This document shows positions 39,089-48,509 of a stretch of 64,000 bases of DNA, one piece after another (within the stretch, counting starts at the first letter, position 1; each line of letters starts with the position of its first letter). The notes under the pieces were generated by a model. That model made no database searches and was not told the origin of the DNA. It saw only the letters and a list, made by a program, of their open reading frames with translations. This DNA comes from Actinomycetota bacterium (GTDB lineage: Bacteria; Actinomycetota; JAHEXW01): contig JANXYU010000035.1 in NCBI GenBank assembly GCA_025355855.1, positions 20,604 to 84,603 of the forward strand. The letters run 5' to 3'. A program made the translations under genes and the position numbers.

Positions 39089-40138
39089 ATGATAAAAAGA
39101 CATGGCTTAGTTAGTCTGGCGTTATTTGTCCTCCTCGCGGCGGCTTCCGGCTGCGCGACCGCTAGCAAAGCGGCGACATTCAAGGCTCCGGCCAACACCT
39201 TAAGCGCAGTCAAGGTAACCGGCGCGTTTACGATTGACGGCAATTCCAGTGAACCGGCCTGGAGTAAAGCCACAGCGGTAATGATTCCGCTCAAGGCTGA
39301 AGCAGGCGTCGAGGCCAAAAAGGTCACACTGCGCGCCGTCTACGACGACAAAAACATATATGTGGCGGCGGCTTACGCCGACGCGACACCGCTTAAATTA
39401 GGCGAGGCGTGGACATTTGACGGCGCGGCCTGGAAGAAGGGCAGCTTTGACGACACGCTGGCTTTCGTTTGGAACATTAATGACTCCATTCCCGGCTTCA
39501 ATCAGCGGGGCATGGGTGTCATGACGAAACCGCTGACGAAGGGTATGGACGTTTTCGACTTCCAGCTGGCTGCCTCCGACAATAAGACAGCGGCCGCCAA
39601 AGCTGATTTTTGGGGCTGGTGCGGGATGCCGGAATTCTATGGCCGGGGCGACGACATGATATTTGCGCTTGATGAGCAAACCAAACTGGGCGGGCTAACA
39701 AAGACGCTAACGGTGCGGCATGACGCGCATACGAACAGCACGCCTTGGATTCGCAACGAAGCCACGGTCAACGGCTCGGCCGTTCCTAAGTATAAATATA
39801 AAGCGGGTTTCGACATCAACAACACGCCCCGGCCTTACGAGGATCAAGTGGAAGCTATCACCGACTACTCGACGTTCAAAGCCGGAGACCGAGCTCCATA
39901 TGTAGTAGGTATTAGGGGCGCCACCTGGGGCGGCAGTAAGGACGACATTAGAACAAAAGGCAGGCGTTCCGCGGGTGATTGGCAGGTTGAGTACGCGCGA
40001 GCGCTGGACACAGGACACGCCGACGATATCAAACTCGTACCCGGCGAGACGGTGACGTTCATCGTTGTTTTGCGCGATGACGCTAAGGGCTACGCGATCA
40101 GCGCTCCCGTTACGCTAAGACTCGGAGAAGGTGGGTAG
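39089..40138 (+). CDS. DOMON/CBM9/EB_dh-like lipoprotein, family member 2
   Basis: RBS GGGAGG; lipobox AASGC; motifs IDGNSSEPAWSKATAVMIPL, WNINDSIPGFNQRG, FWGWCGMPEFYGRGDDMIF, NNTPRPYED, WGGSKDD, LDTGHADDI. Confidence 0.7.
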   Translation: MIKRHGLVSLALFVLLAAASGCATASKAATFKAPANTLSAVKVTGAFTIDGNSSEPAWSKATAVMIPLKAEAGVEAKKVTLRAVYDDKNIYVAAAYADATPLKLGEAWTFDGAAWKKGSFDDTLAFVWNINDSIPGFNQRGMGVMTKPLTKGMDVFDFQLAASDNKTAAAKADFWGWCGMPEFYGRGDDMIFALDEQTKLGGLTKTLTVRHDAHTNSTPWIRNEATVNGSAVPKYKYKAGFDINNTPRPYEDQVEAITDYSTFKAGDRAPYVVGIRGATWGGSKDDIRTKGRRSAGDWQVEYARALDTGHADDIKLVPGETVTFIVVLRDDAKGYAISAPVTLRLGEGG

Positions 40139-40141
40139 GTC

Positions 40142-41206
40142 ATGAACAGACAATACAGGGCTTTTGCCAAAATTTCCGTAACGATTGTCCCCTTGATTCT
40201 TCTCCTGGGGGCCGTTACCGGCTGCGCTACATCAGGCAAGGCGGCGACCGTTAACAAATCTGCCGCACCTGTGCTACCGGCAGTCAAAACAATCGGCCGG
40301 ATTATCATTGACGGGAAGACGAACGAGGCAGCTTGGAACGATGCGCAAGCGCTGACTATTCCACTAAAAGCCGAGGCGGGCGTGGAGGCCAAAAAAGTTA
40401 CTCTGCGCGCTGTTTATGACAAAGAGAACATATATTTGGCGGCGGAATATGCCGACGCAACGCCTGTCAAGATGAATGAGGCCTGGGTTTATGACGGTAC
40501 GGCCTGGAAGAAAGGAAGCTACGACGACACCCTGGCGTTCGTCTGGAACATGGATAACTCAATCCCCGGTTTCAACGAACGCGGCCTAGGCGTGATGACC
40601 ACTCCGCTAGTCAACGGCAAGGATGTTTTTGATTTCCAGTTGGCCGCCGCCACCGACGCGACGGCCGATTCCAAGGCTGATTTCTGGGGTTGGTGAAGCA
40701 TCCCCGAACTCTACGGTCGTGGAGACGATATGATCTTTAAGCTCAATGAGGAAACCAAACTGGGAGGTCTGACCAAGACCCTCACGGTTCAGCACGACGC
40801 GCACATCAATGACCGGCCCTGGATCGCCAATACGACCAAGAGCAACAACGGGGACGGCCAGCCCATTTACCGCTTCAAGGACGGGTTGTCGTTTGCTAAT
40901 ACGCCTAACCCTTACCGGGGCGATGTTGTAGAGATAACGCCCGCCGATACGTTCAAAGCAGGCGACCGAGCCCCCTTTGCCATCGGTGTCCCGGGCGCCG
41001 TCTGGGGCGGCAGCAAGGACGACATCTTAACCAAAGGCATCAGCGCTAATGGTACGTGGACCGTCGAGTTCGCGCGGCGCTTAAATACCGGCAATCCCGA
41101 CGACATCAAACTTGTCCCCGGACAGGCAGCCACATTTGTCGTTGTCGTCCGCGATGACGCCAAGGGCTACGCTCTCAGCGCTCCGGTTACGCTTAATCTT
41201 GAATAA
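40142..41206 (+). pseudogene. DOMON-like lipoprotein family member 3, one reading frame interrupted by an in-frame TGA (40694-40696) where the adjacent paralog has Cys (TGC); pseudogene, sequencing error or selenocysteine
   Basis: ORFs 40142-40696 and 40730-41206 are in the same frame and colinear with 39089-40138 (FWGW*SIPELYGRGDDMIF versus FWGWCGMPEFYGRGDDMIF). Confidence 0.6.
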
Positions 41207-41238
41207 GGAAGGTAACGCGAACGGCGCGTAATTCACAT

Positions 41239-42294
41239 ATGCGGCAAATAATCACCACCAGCCGGCCGATTGCGGTCGCGCTCACGTCTATGATCCTCTT
41301 GCTCGGCCTAAGCGGCTGCAAAACCGGCGCGTCACCTGACTCAACGGCGGCAACAGCGCCTACGGTCAAAGCTGTCTTTACCAAGATCGCCCCGAGCGTT
41401 GACGGCAAGAGTGACGCTATCTGGAAAACCGCCCCGGAGACAAAGGTTAAGCTGCTGGAGACCAACGAAACAATCAACCTTAGGTTTCTGTACACGAATA
41501 CATCCATCTACGTCAAGGCGACATATCCGGACAGTACGCACGACTATATCGATCGGCCTTGGCGATTTGACGGCCAGAAATGGAAGCAAATAGGCCAGCA
41601 AGACTCCCTTTGTTTTATCTGGAATGTCAATGATTCGATTCGCGATTTCAACGCACGCGGCTTTGCTATCCTGACCCGCGGTTTGGAAGAGAACCGGCAT
41701 CCCTGGGATATCGAGATTGAAGGAGGCAAGCAGGCCGCCGTGCCTCCCTGGTTCAAAGCGCAAAAAGGGGACTTCTGGTCGACGGGGCTGCAATTGCCGT
41801 ACGGCAAGGCGGAAGACTGGGTCCTGAAGACGGGCAAAGCTCGCTGGTCGAACGGTGACTGGCATATCAAGCTGGTGAATCAGCACGACGCTTTTACCAA
41901 CCCCGCTCCATGGGTGCTGAACAAAGCAGCCGATTGGACACAGCCTATCTGGATACTCAAGCCGGGCCTAACGCTGCAATCCGACCCTTACCCGGTAAGC
42001 GCCGACATGGTCGAGATCGGCGACCACGTGCCGGTGGCCGGTGAGATGCAGCCGTTCATCGTCTATCGAACTCGACAAGCCCGTTGGGGCGGCAGCAAGG
42101 ACGACATTGACGGAGCGGAGGCCTGGCGCTCCGGCGTCTGGACGGTCGAGATGGGGCGGTTGTTGAATACGGGGCATAGCGACGATATTTATTTTCAACC
42201 TAAAAGCGGCCGGACGTACACTTTCGGCCTTCTGGTTCGGCGGACGGGCAGCCGCTACCAGCCGACGGATCCGGTGAAGCTTGTTTTTAACTAA
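41239..42294 (+). CDS. DOMON/CBM9/EB_dh-like lipoprotein, family member 4
   Basis: Lipobox LSGC; motifs SVDGKSDAIWKTAPE, WNVNDSIRDFNARG, WGGSKDDI, LNTGHSDDIYF. Confidence 0.7.
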   Translation: MRQIITTSRPIAVALTSMILLLGLSGCKTGASPDSTAATAPTVKAVFTKIAPSVDGKSDAIWKTAPETKVKLLETNETINLRFLYTNTSIYVKATYPDSTHDYIDRPWRFDGQKWKQIGQQDSLCFIWNVNDSIRDFNARGFAILTRGLEENRHPWDIEIEGGKQAAVPPWFKAQKGDFWSTGLQLPYGKAEDWVLKTGKARWSNGDWHIKLVNQHDAFTNPAPWVLNKAADWTQPIWILKPGLTLQSDPYPVSADMVEIGDHVPVAGEMQPFIVYRTRQARWGGSKDDIDGAEAWRSGVWTVEMGRLLNTGHSDDIYFQPKSGRTYTFGLLVRRTGSRYQPTDPVKLVFN

Positions 42295-44722
42295 AGCGCA
42301 ATCAGACGGGAATCAGCAAAATATTAACCCAGGCCCGACCTCGGCCAGGCCTAACGCGGATAGAAGAGTAGGCTACGTAGGGCTATTCTTTCTTTCTCTA
42401 GCTCTATTGATGATTGAGATCGTTTACTCGCGTACCGCACGCGTGTCTTTTGGCTATGAGTATCAGCTGTTGGTGATTTCTCTGGCCATCTCCGGCCTAG
42501 GTCTCGGCGGAATCCCCGTTTACTATCTTTTCAAACGTGTCAATCAGAGCTTTAACCGCTGGTTGAGCCCGCTGGCTTTGGTTTTTACCGCGTCTCTGCC
42601 TCTGCCATTTCTTACTGTAAATAGTCTAGGCGTTGAATACGCGGCCAAAAACGTGGGTAACGAGCTTACCTATTTCGGTGTTTCGACGGCCACAATGACG
42701 CAATTCTCATTGGCGGTTTTCGCTGTGTATTTTGTGGCCGGCGTGCTGATTGCAGCTTTCCTTAGCCACTATAGTGAGCGCGTGTCGTCGGTCTACGCCG
42801 TGAACTTGGTCGGTTCGGCTGTCGGCGCGTTGGCGGTGATACCGTTGATGAACCTGTTCGGTATGGAAACGACGATTGTAATAATCTATGCCGTGGCTGC
42901 CGCCGCCGCTTTATTGTTTGTCTCGCGGGCCGGTTTGAAGCCGGTGCTCATGGCGGCTTTAATCATAGTTGTTCTGCTTAGCATAGGTTTGCTGGCTCGC
43001 ACTGCGCCGGCCTTGCGCGCCGGCGGCAGGGACAGCAAGGCTGTTATATCGGCTTCTAATTCTTTCTCGCAGATCGATGTGTTTCGGGTCGACCCGACCA
43101 GCCTGGCGAAGGGTCTAAGCGCCTCGTTTGGTGAGGCTATTAAACCGAGCGTGCACGCCTACAGCTTGGTGTACGACCGGAAACTTAAAACTAACGCCAT
43201 CGTCTACACAAATCTGGCCGATGTTAAGTATCTAACCTATGATCTTTTCTATTTCCCGTACTATTTGAAGCCTCGTTCCGACGTTTTGATCATCGGTGCG
43301 GGCGGCGGTGTTGATGTGGCGCGGGCCAGCCTGGCGGACAGCCGAACGATTGACGCCGTGGAGGTCAATCCGCTGATGATTGATATCGCTCGCAACCGGC
43401 TGAGGACCAAGGCGTTCGACGCCCCCAACGTCCGCTTGCATGTGGGCGAGGCCAGAAATTTTGTCACCGGCTCGAAAAGACCATATGATCTCATCTTCTT
43501 ATCCAACACCGGCGGATTCGGCGGCCGCAGTGTCAACTCGAATTACTACCCTGACAATTACCTTCATACCAAGGAAGCCTACGTTACTTATCTGAAACAT
43601 CTTAGACAGAACGGTATCCTAGCTGTCAGTAACAAAGATATGGTTGTGCGCGAGTTTGTCGGAGTCGGTATAGCCGCATTGGGTCAGCAGGGGATCGCGG
43701 CCGCGCATCACGTCGCGCTGCTGGCGGGTCACGGCTATTCTGTCGTCCTTTTCAAGCCGGCAGGTTTTTCGCGCCAAGAGGAACGTCTGATCGCCAAAAA
43801 GGCGGCGCGTCTAAACTTCAGCGCTGAATTTCCCGCGTCTTTGCCCGCTGACGCTATCATGGGAGCAAGCCTAACTGACGATAAGCCTTTCTTGTCTGAT
43901 AGGACTTCGCTTCTCCAGATACTATCTTCTCCCCCCACTAAGTCAGAAGCGATGGCGCCTGCGACACTCCCGGGAGCGGTAGCTTTGCCGACGACGAACG
44001 CGGGAGGGACGGGTGAGGCGGATGGATATCTGGCAATTCGTTTTCTGGCGTGGCTGGGCGGCCTCGGTTTAGCCGTTGTGCTTTTATTGCTGGCGGCGCC
44101 GCCTCTGTCTTCCGGGATTCGGGGAACGCGGCAGTCGCTTAACGTTTTGCTCTCACTTGGGTACTTTGTCGCCTTGGGTCTCGGCTTTATCGTCTTCCAG
44201 ATGGTCATGTTGCAGCGAGCTTTCCTGTTTATCGGTAATCCATCGTACTCCATGGTTCTTGTCCTCGCTTCATTCTTGTTATTTGGAGGTTTGGGAAGCC
44301 TAGCCACGGCCAAGATTAAGCCCGAACGATTCCGGTTCGCGATTGGCATCGCCGGCGGAGCATCCGCAGCCTGCCTGCTGGTTTACTCATATTCGCTGAA
44401 TCGGCTGTTCGTCGATCTGATCTATCTCAGCCCGGCCGTTCGCGCTCCTTTGCTTGTCTTGCTGCTCGCCGTCCCTTGTTGGCTGGCCGGTCTCATGTTT
44501 CCAATCGGCCTAAAGCTAACAAACTCCCTAACCGAGCAGCTAATACCGTTGATGTGGAGCATTAACGGGGTCGCAATCGTTTTGGGCGGCGCCACCGCGG
44601 CTTTGCTCGCATTCTTCTACGGATTTAGGATTACCCTGGGCGCAGGCGCAGGCTTCTATCTCGCCGCGGTTTTCCTGTTTATCGGCGTCAAAACTAAGAG
44701 CTTGCGGTCATTTACAGAATGA
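42281..44722 (+). CDS. Polytopic membrane protein with an embedded spermidine-synthase-like (aminopropyl/methyltransferase-fold) domain; start uncertain (track start is a TTG inside the previous gene)
   Basis: ~7 N-terminal TM helices; Rossmann motif VLIIGAGGGVDVARASLADSRTIDAVEVNP and YDLIFLSN resembling spermidine synthase; more TM helices at the C-terminus. Confidence 0.65.
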   Translation: MFLTKAQSDGNQQNINPGPTSARPNADRRVGYVGLFFLSLALLMIEIVYSRTARVSFGYEYQLLVISLAISGLGLGGIPVYYLFKRVNQSFNRWLSPLALVFTASLPLPFLTVNSLGVEYAAKNVGNELTYFGVSTATMTQFSLAVFAVYFVAGVLIAAFLSHYSERVSSVYAVNLVGSAVGALAVIPLMNLFGMETTIVIIYAVAAAAALLFVSRAGLKPVLMAALIIVVLLSIGLLARTAPALRAGGRDSKAVISASNSFSQIDVFRVDPTSLAKGLSASFGEAIKPSVHAYSLVYDRKLKTNAIVYTNLADVKYLTYDLFYFPYYLKPRSDVLIIGAGGGVDVARASLADSRTIDAVEVNPLMIDIARNRLRTKAFDAPNVRLHVGEARNFVTGSKRPYDLIFLSNTGGFGGRSVNSNYYPDNYLHTKEAYVTYLKHLRQNGILAVSNKDMVVREFVGVGIAALGQQGIAAAHHVALLAGHGYSVVLFKPAGFSRQEERLIAKKAARLNFSAEFPASLPADAIMGASLTDDKPFLSDRTSLLQILSSPPTKSEAMAPATLPGAVALPTTNAGGTGEADGYLAIRFLAWLGGLGLAVVLLLLAAPPLSSGIRGTRQSLNVLLSLGYFVALGLGFIVFQMVMLQRAFLFIGNPSYSMVLVLASFLLFGGLGSLATAKIKPERFRFAIGIAGGASAACLLVYSYSLNRLFVDLIYLSPAVRAPLLVLLLAVPCWLAGLMFPIGLKLTNSLTEQLIPLMWSINGVAIVLGGATAALLAFFYGFRITLGAGAGFYLAAVFLFIGVKTKSLRSFTE

Positions 44723-44895
44723 CCCGGGTTTGATAGAATATGTCCAGAATTACGGCAAGTGTTGACTTGCTTGACCTGCAACAACAGCTCTCAAGTACTA
44801 AGTGTACACAACGGTTCTGCCGATACTAGTAATAGGTCTTCTACCCGCGCTAAGACTGGGGTCCGGCGACTAGGCTAAAGGACGCGCAGCTTGGA

Positions 44896-45963
44896 ATGGG
44901 GCAGAAGATGGCAGGAGAGAGGCTTTTGACGCAAACTGAATGCATCAAATCCGTCGGCGACGGCCTGGGACGGACGATTTTCGCTTATACGGCATTTGTC
45001 TTGACCATGACATTAGTCATGGTCATGCTGTTGTCTTCTCCTGTTTTCGCGGCCGATGACAGCCCTCACGGCCACTTTACCTCCAATACCGATAAATGCA
45101 AATCCTGTCACCGGGTGCACAGCGGCAGCACGGCCAGCTTGCTTCCTGAACAATCCATAACGCAGACTTGCGTTTCTTGCCATTCCAACGGTTCGGGCGC
45201 CGACACCGGTGTTATGCAAGGCGCCTATTTCGACGCCGGGCATCCGGGGCACTCCTGGGGAGTCAACGGCGGCACTTTGGTCGGAGGCGGTTTTGCTCTG
45301 GTAGGCAATAGCGCCGCTGTGACCGGCAGTCATCAATTGGACGCGGCCGGGAAGCCGTACGGCACGACAACTGGTGTTTCTTATGTACTGACATGTGTTA
45401 GTTGCCATACCCCGCACGAGGGCCCTAACTATCGTTTGCTCCGGCGTAATGTCGCCGATTCCCCGACTGACATCCGCGTTACCAGCAACGAACTCGACAA
45501 AAACTACTGTGTGACCGATTACGGCGCGGCGCCGGGTATTCAGGAATACACTCGGAATTATAAAAGCGGGATTGCGGCGTGGTGCACGGCCTGCCACGCC
45601 AAGTACATGACGCGCGGCGGCGTTTTTGGGGCCGATGTTTATAACGCCGGCGACATGTACGGTTCAGTCACGCGATACCGCCATGCCATCGACGTGCCGA
45701 TAACCGGACGCGCTGATGCCGCCAACGGTATCGCCTACAATCTGACGACAAATCTGCCGCTGCAGGATCTGACCGGCGACGGACGGACAGCCGACGACAC
45801 GATAACCTGTTTGACGTGCCATCAAGCGCACGGCGGCGCAGCGATAATGCACGGAGCGGCGATTCTGACATCCGGCCAGCGCGGCGCCTTACCGAGTAGC
45901 GGCGATAGTACGTTACTAAGGCAGGACGATCGGAATGTCTGCCGCGACTGCCATAATCTGTGA
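44896..45963 (+). CDS. Secreted hexaheme OmcS-like cytochrome paralog 3
   Basis: Signal peptide; 6 CXXCH (CKSCHRVHSG, CVSCHSNGSGADTG, CVSCHTPHEGPNYRLLRR, WCTACHAKYMTRGG, RYRH, CLTCHQAHGG, CRDCH). Confidence 0.8.
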   Translation: MGQKMAGERLLTQTECIKSVGDGLGRTIFAYTAFVLTMTLVMVMLLSSPVFAADDSPHGHFTSNTDKCKSCHRVHSGSTASLLPEQSITQTCVSCHSNGSGADTGVMQGAYFDAGHPGHSWGVNGGTLVGGGFALVGNSAAVTGSHQLDAAGKPYGTTTGVSYVLTCVSCHTPHEGPNYRLLRRNVADSPTDIRVTSNELDKNYCVTDYGAAPGIQEYTRNYKSGIAAWCTACHAKYMTRGGVFGADVYNAGDMYGSVTRYRHAIDVPITGRADAANGIAYNLTTNLPLQDLTGDGRTADDTITCLTCHQAHGGAAIMHGAAILTSGQRGALPSSGDSTLLRQDDRNVCRDCHNL

Positions 45964-45986
45964 TTGAGAAGTGAGAGGAGAGGGAA

Positions 45987-47099
45987 ATGAACGTGCTTAG
46001 AAGATTATCACGATTTACACATTTTTCTGGAAAGGTGGTGAAACCAATGAAAACCAAATTGCTAGGAACGACTGTCATTACGTTGGTCGTGTTCCTGTGC
46101 TTGAGCGGCTCAGCTTGGGCGGCATATCCGCACGGCTTGTTCGGCGCGACGCCGGACGCTTGCGCGGCTTGCCATCGCATGCACACGGCGACCAGCAACA
46201 ACTTGATCGCCGACCCGAACGGTTCATCGATGTGCGATTCTTGCCATCGGGGCGGTACGGGAGCCGATACGGACGTCGGGACAGGCACCTACGTAACCAA
46301 CGGAGAGCCCGGCCATGCCTGGGGCGCGAATGGCGGTACACTGCTCGGCGGTGGTTTTGTGACTGTTAACGGGGCAACGGCGACATCGATGCACGTCATG
46401 AATACAGCTTTGACGCCGCCCGGGTCGACGACTGGCGCGACGATTAAGTTGCGCTGTATTGACTGTCACAGCCCGCACCCGGACAAGAGCTATCCGAACC
46501 AGTACCGGTTGCTGAGGCTGAATCCGAACAACGTAGCTGCGGCTCGACCGGTCGCGTGGAACGGTCCTTGGACCGACGCCACTCAGACGGCCTATCAGTC
46601 AGACGGCTATCGCGGTTATACGGAAACGGACTTTGTCTCCGGAACAGCCGGAACACAGTATTATACCCACAACTATAAAACGGGTATCGAGAATTGGTGC
46701 ATCGCGTGCCACAGCAAATACATGACGCGCGGCGGCCAATTCGGTACTGACGTGTACAACACGGGAGACAAGTACGATAGCGACCCCGCGGCTGTTAACG
46801 GACGTTTCCGCCACGGCGTCGGCGTGCCTCTGAAGAGCGGGAATCCGGATCAAGCGAACCAGATCACCTATGACCTGACAACCGATCTGCCCTTGGAGGA
46901 CGTAAACGGCAGCATGACGCGTGACTATACGACCGATCTGTTGACATGTACGTCGTGTCACCGGTCGCATGGCACGAACGCGACGATGTCCGGCGAAGCG
47001 GTACTTGAAAATCGCGGCACCGTTTTACCGGCCGGAGTGGACAGCATGCTCTTGCGTCAGAACGACCGTGTCATGTGCGTTAACTGTCACAACATGTAA
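45987..47099 (+). CDS. Secreted hexaheme OmcS-like cytochrome paralog 4 (strong RBS GAGGAGAGGG; alternative ATG at 46047)
   Basis: 6 CXXCH (CAACHRMHTA, CDSCH, CIDCHSPHPDKSYPNQYRLLR, WCIACHSKYMTRGG, RFRH, CTSCHRSHGTN, CVNCH). Confidence 0.8.
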   Translation: MNVLRRLSRFTHFSGKVVKPMKTKLLGTTVITLVVFLCLSGSAWAAYPHGLFGATPDACAACHRMHTATSNNLIADPNGSSMCDSCHRGGTGADTDVGTGTYVTNGEPGHAWGANGGTLLGGGFVTVNGATATSMHVMNTALTPPGSTTGATIKLRCIDCHSPHPDKSYPNQYRLLRLNPNNVAAARPVAWNGPWTDATQTAYQSDGYRGYTETDFVSGTAGTQYYTHNYKTGIENWCIACHSKYMTRGGQFGTDVYNTGDKYDSDPAAVNGRFRHGVGVPLKSGNPDQANQITYDLTTDLPLEDVNGSMTRDYTTDLLTCTSCHRSHGTNATMSGEAVLENRGTVLPAGVDSMLLRQNDRVMCVNCHNM

Positions 47100-47174
47100 A
47101 AAGTACCTAATTGAAGGAGAAGAACCGCTTTCTTGACGGATAGCCTAGAGATCCAAGAGCAAAGCGAGAGAATC

Positions 47175-48227
47175 ATGAAGAACAGAGTGTGGGTATCAGG
47201 GATGATCTTAATAGCGATGTACCTGGCCTTGGGCGGCAACGCCCTGGCCGGGTATCCGCACGCGTCATTTAGCGGTCACCCTGATGCCTGCGCTTCTTGT
47301 CACCGCGTTCACACGGCCACGGCCGGTAACTTGATCAAGGATCCAGCCGGTACGTCCTTATGCTACTCCTGTCATTGGGGCGGATTGGGTGCGGATACGG
47401 ATGTAAAGAACGGTCAGTATGTCAGCACAGGAGAGACGGATCACAGCTGGGGCGATCCTAATATGCCTCTGCTGGGCGGCGGTTTCGCTCAAGTCAAAAG
47501 CACATCGACCACAACCAGCCATCACATCATGGATACAGCCATAACCCCGCCGGGCGTCAATGATTATCAAGACCCGGGTGCGGTAATCACCTTGAAATGT
47601 ATGTCTTGTCACAGCGCGCATCCCGACAAGGGCTACCCAAATCAATACCGCTTGTTGCGCGTTTGGCCGAATGGTGTTGCCAAAAACGACCCGCGCGAGG
47701 TTAAGTGGAACGGGCCGTGGGATGACGCGACGCAAACGACCAAGAATAACCCGGCTCGTGAATATCGGGCTTACTCCGATAAGGACTGGAATCCCGACCT
47801 GCCGGGCACGCAAATCTACACAATGAACTACGGCGAAGGCATGAGTCAGTGGTGCGTAAGCTGCCACACGAAGTATTTGACCCCCAAGGATAGCTCGCCT
47901 TACGACGCCGGCGACGCCTACGGCGCTTTGGTACGCTACCGGCATCACGCGGACACCAAGATTACCAATCTGACCGATACGAACAGCGGTCTGGCCTATA
48001 ACCTCCACACCGATCTGCCTTTGGCGCACGTCGATGACCCCGGGATCCCGGCGGCCGACCGGAGCAAAATGAACTGCGTTACTTGTCACCGCTCGCACGG
48101 AACCGACGCGGTCATGGTGGGCGAGGCGATTCTGAGCCCGACCACGCGGGTCAGCCTGCCGACCGACAGCACCTTGCTGAGGCGGGACAACCGCGGGGTC
48201 TGCGGCAACTGCCACACCAACATCTAG
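47175..48227 (+). CDS. Secreted hexaheme OmcS-like cytochrome paralog 5 (track start TTG 47133; ATG 47175 gives a clean signal peptide)
   Basis: 6 CXXCH; motifs MSQWCVSCHTKY, NCVTCHRSHGTDA and C-terminal CGNCH match OmcS (MSEWCANCH; NCLSCHRAHASG) as recalled. Confidence 0.8.
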   Translation: MKNRVWVSGMILIAMYLALGGNALAGYPHASFSGHPDACASCHRVHTATAGNLIKDPAGTSLCYSCHWGGLGADTDVKNGQYVSTGETDHSWGDPNMPLLGGGFAQVKSTSTTTSHHIMDTAITPPGVNDYQDPGAVITLKCMSCHSAHPDKGYPNQYRLLRVWPNGVAKNDPREVKWNGPWDDATQTTKNNPAREYRAYSDKDWNPDLPGTQIYTMNYGEGMSQWCVSCHTKYLTPKDSSPYDAGDAYGALVRYRHHADTKITNLTDTNSGLAYNLHTDLPLAHVDDPGIPAADRSKMNCVTCHRSHGTDAVMVGEAILSPTTRVSLPTDSTLLRRDNRGVCGNCHTNI

Positions 48228-48509
48228 TCCGTGCCTCAACGCCTTTTGGCCGCTGACCTTAGCCTGGGTTATAATTAACCTAGACAAGCGTGCGAGAAAG
48301 GTTATCCGATAATAGCTATAAACAACACCAGTAAGATTGTAGTCATTGCGACCTTATTACTATTCCTTAGCGGCTGCGGCTATGCCAACCGACCGGCCAA
48401 TAACCCTTCGTCGCCGACAGCCCGTGTCCTTGAAGCCGAGTTCGGGCCTGCTCCGGTCGTCGATGGTCGGGCCGGTGACCCGGTCTGGTCTTCCGCCCGG
48501 TCTCTCACC

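Noticed and set aside
40694-40696. In-frame TGA as evidence of an alternative genetic code (TGA as Gly or Trp)
   Set aside because: Every other gene in the window, including the 7177-codon ORF, terminates normally, many at TGA. A single in-frame TGA indicates a local event (Sec, pseudogene or error), not recoding.
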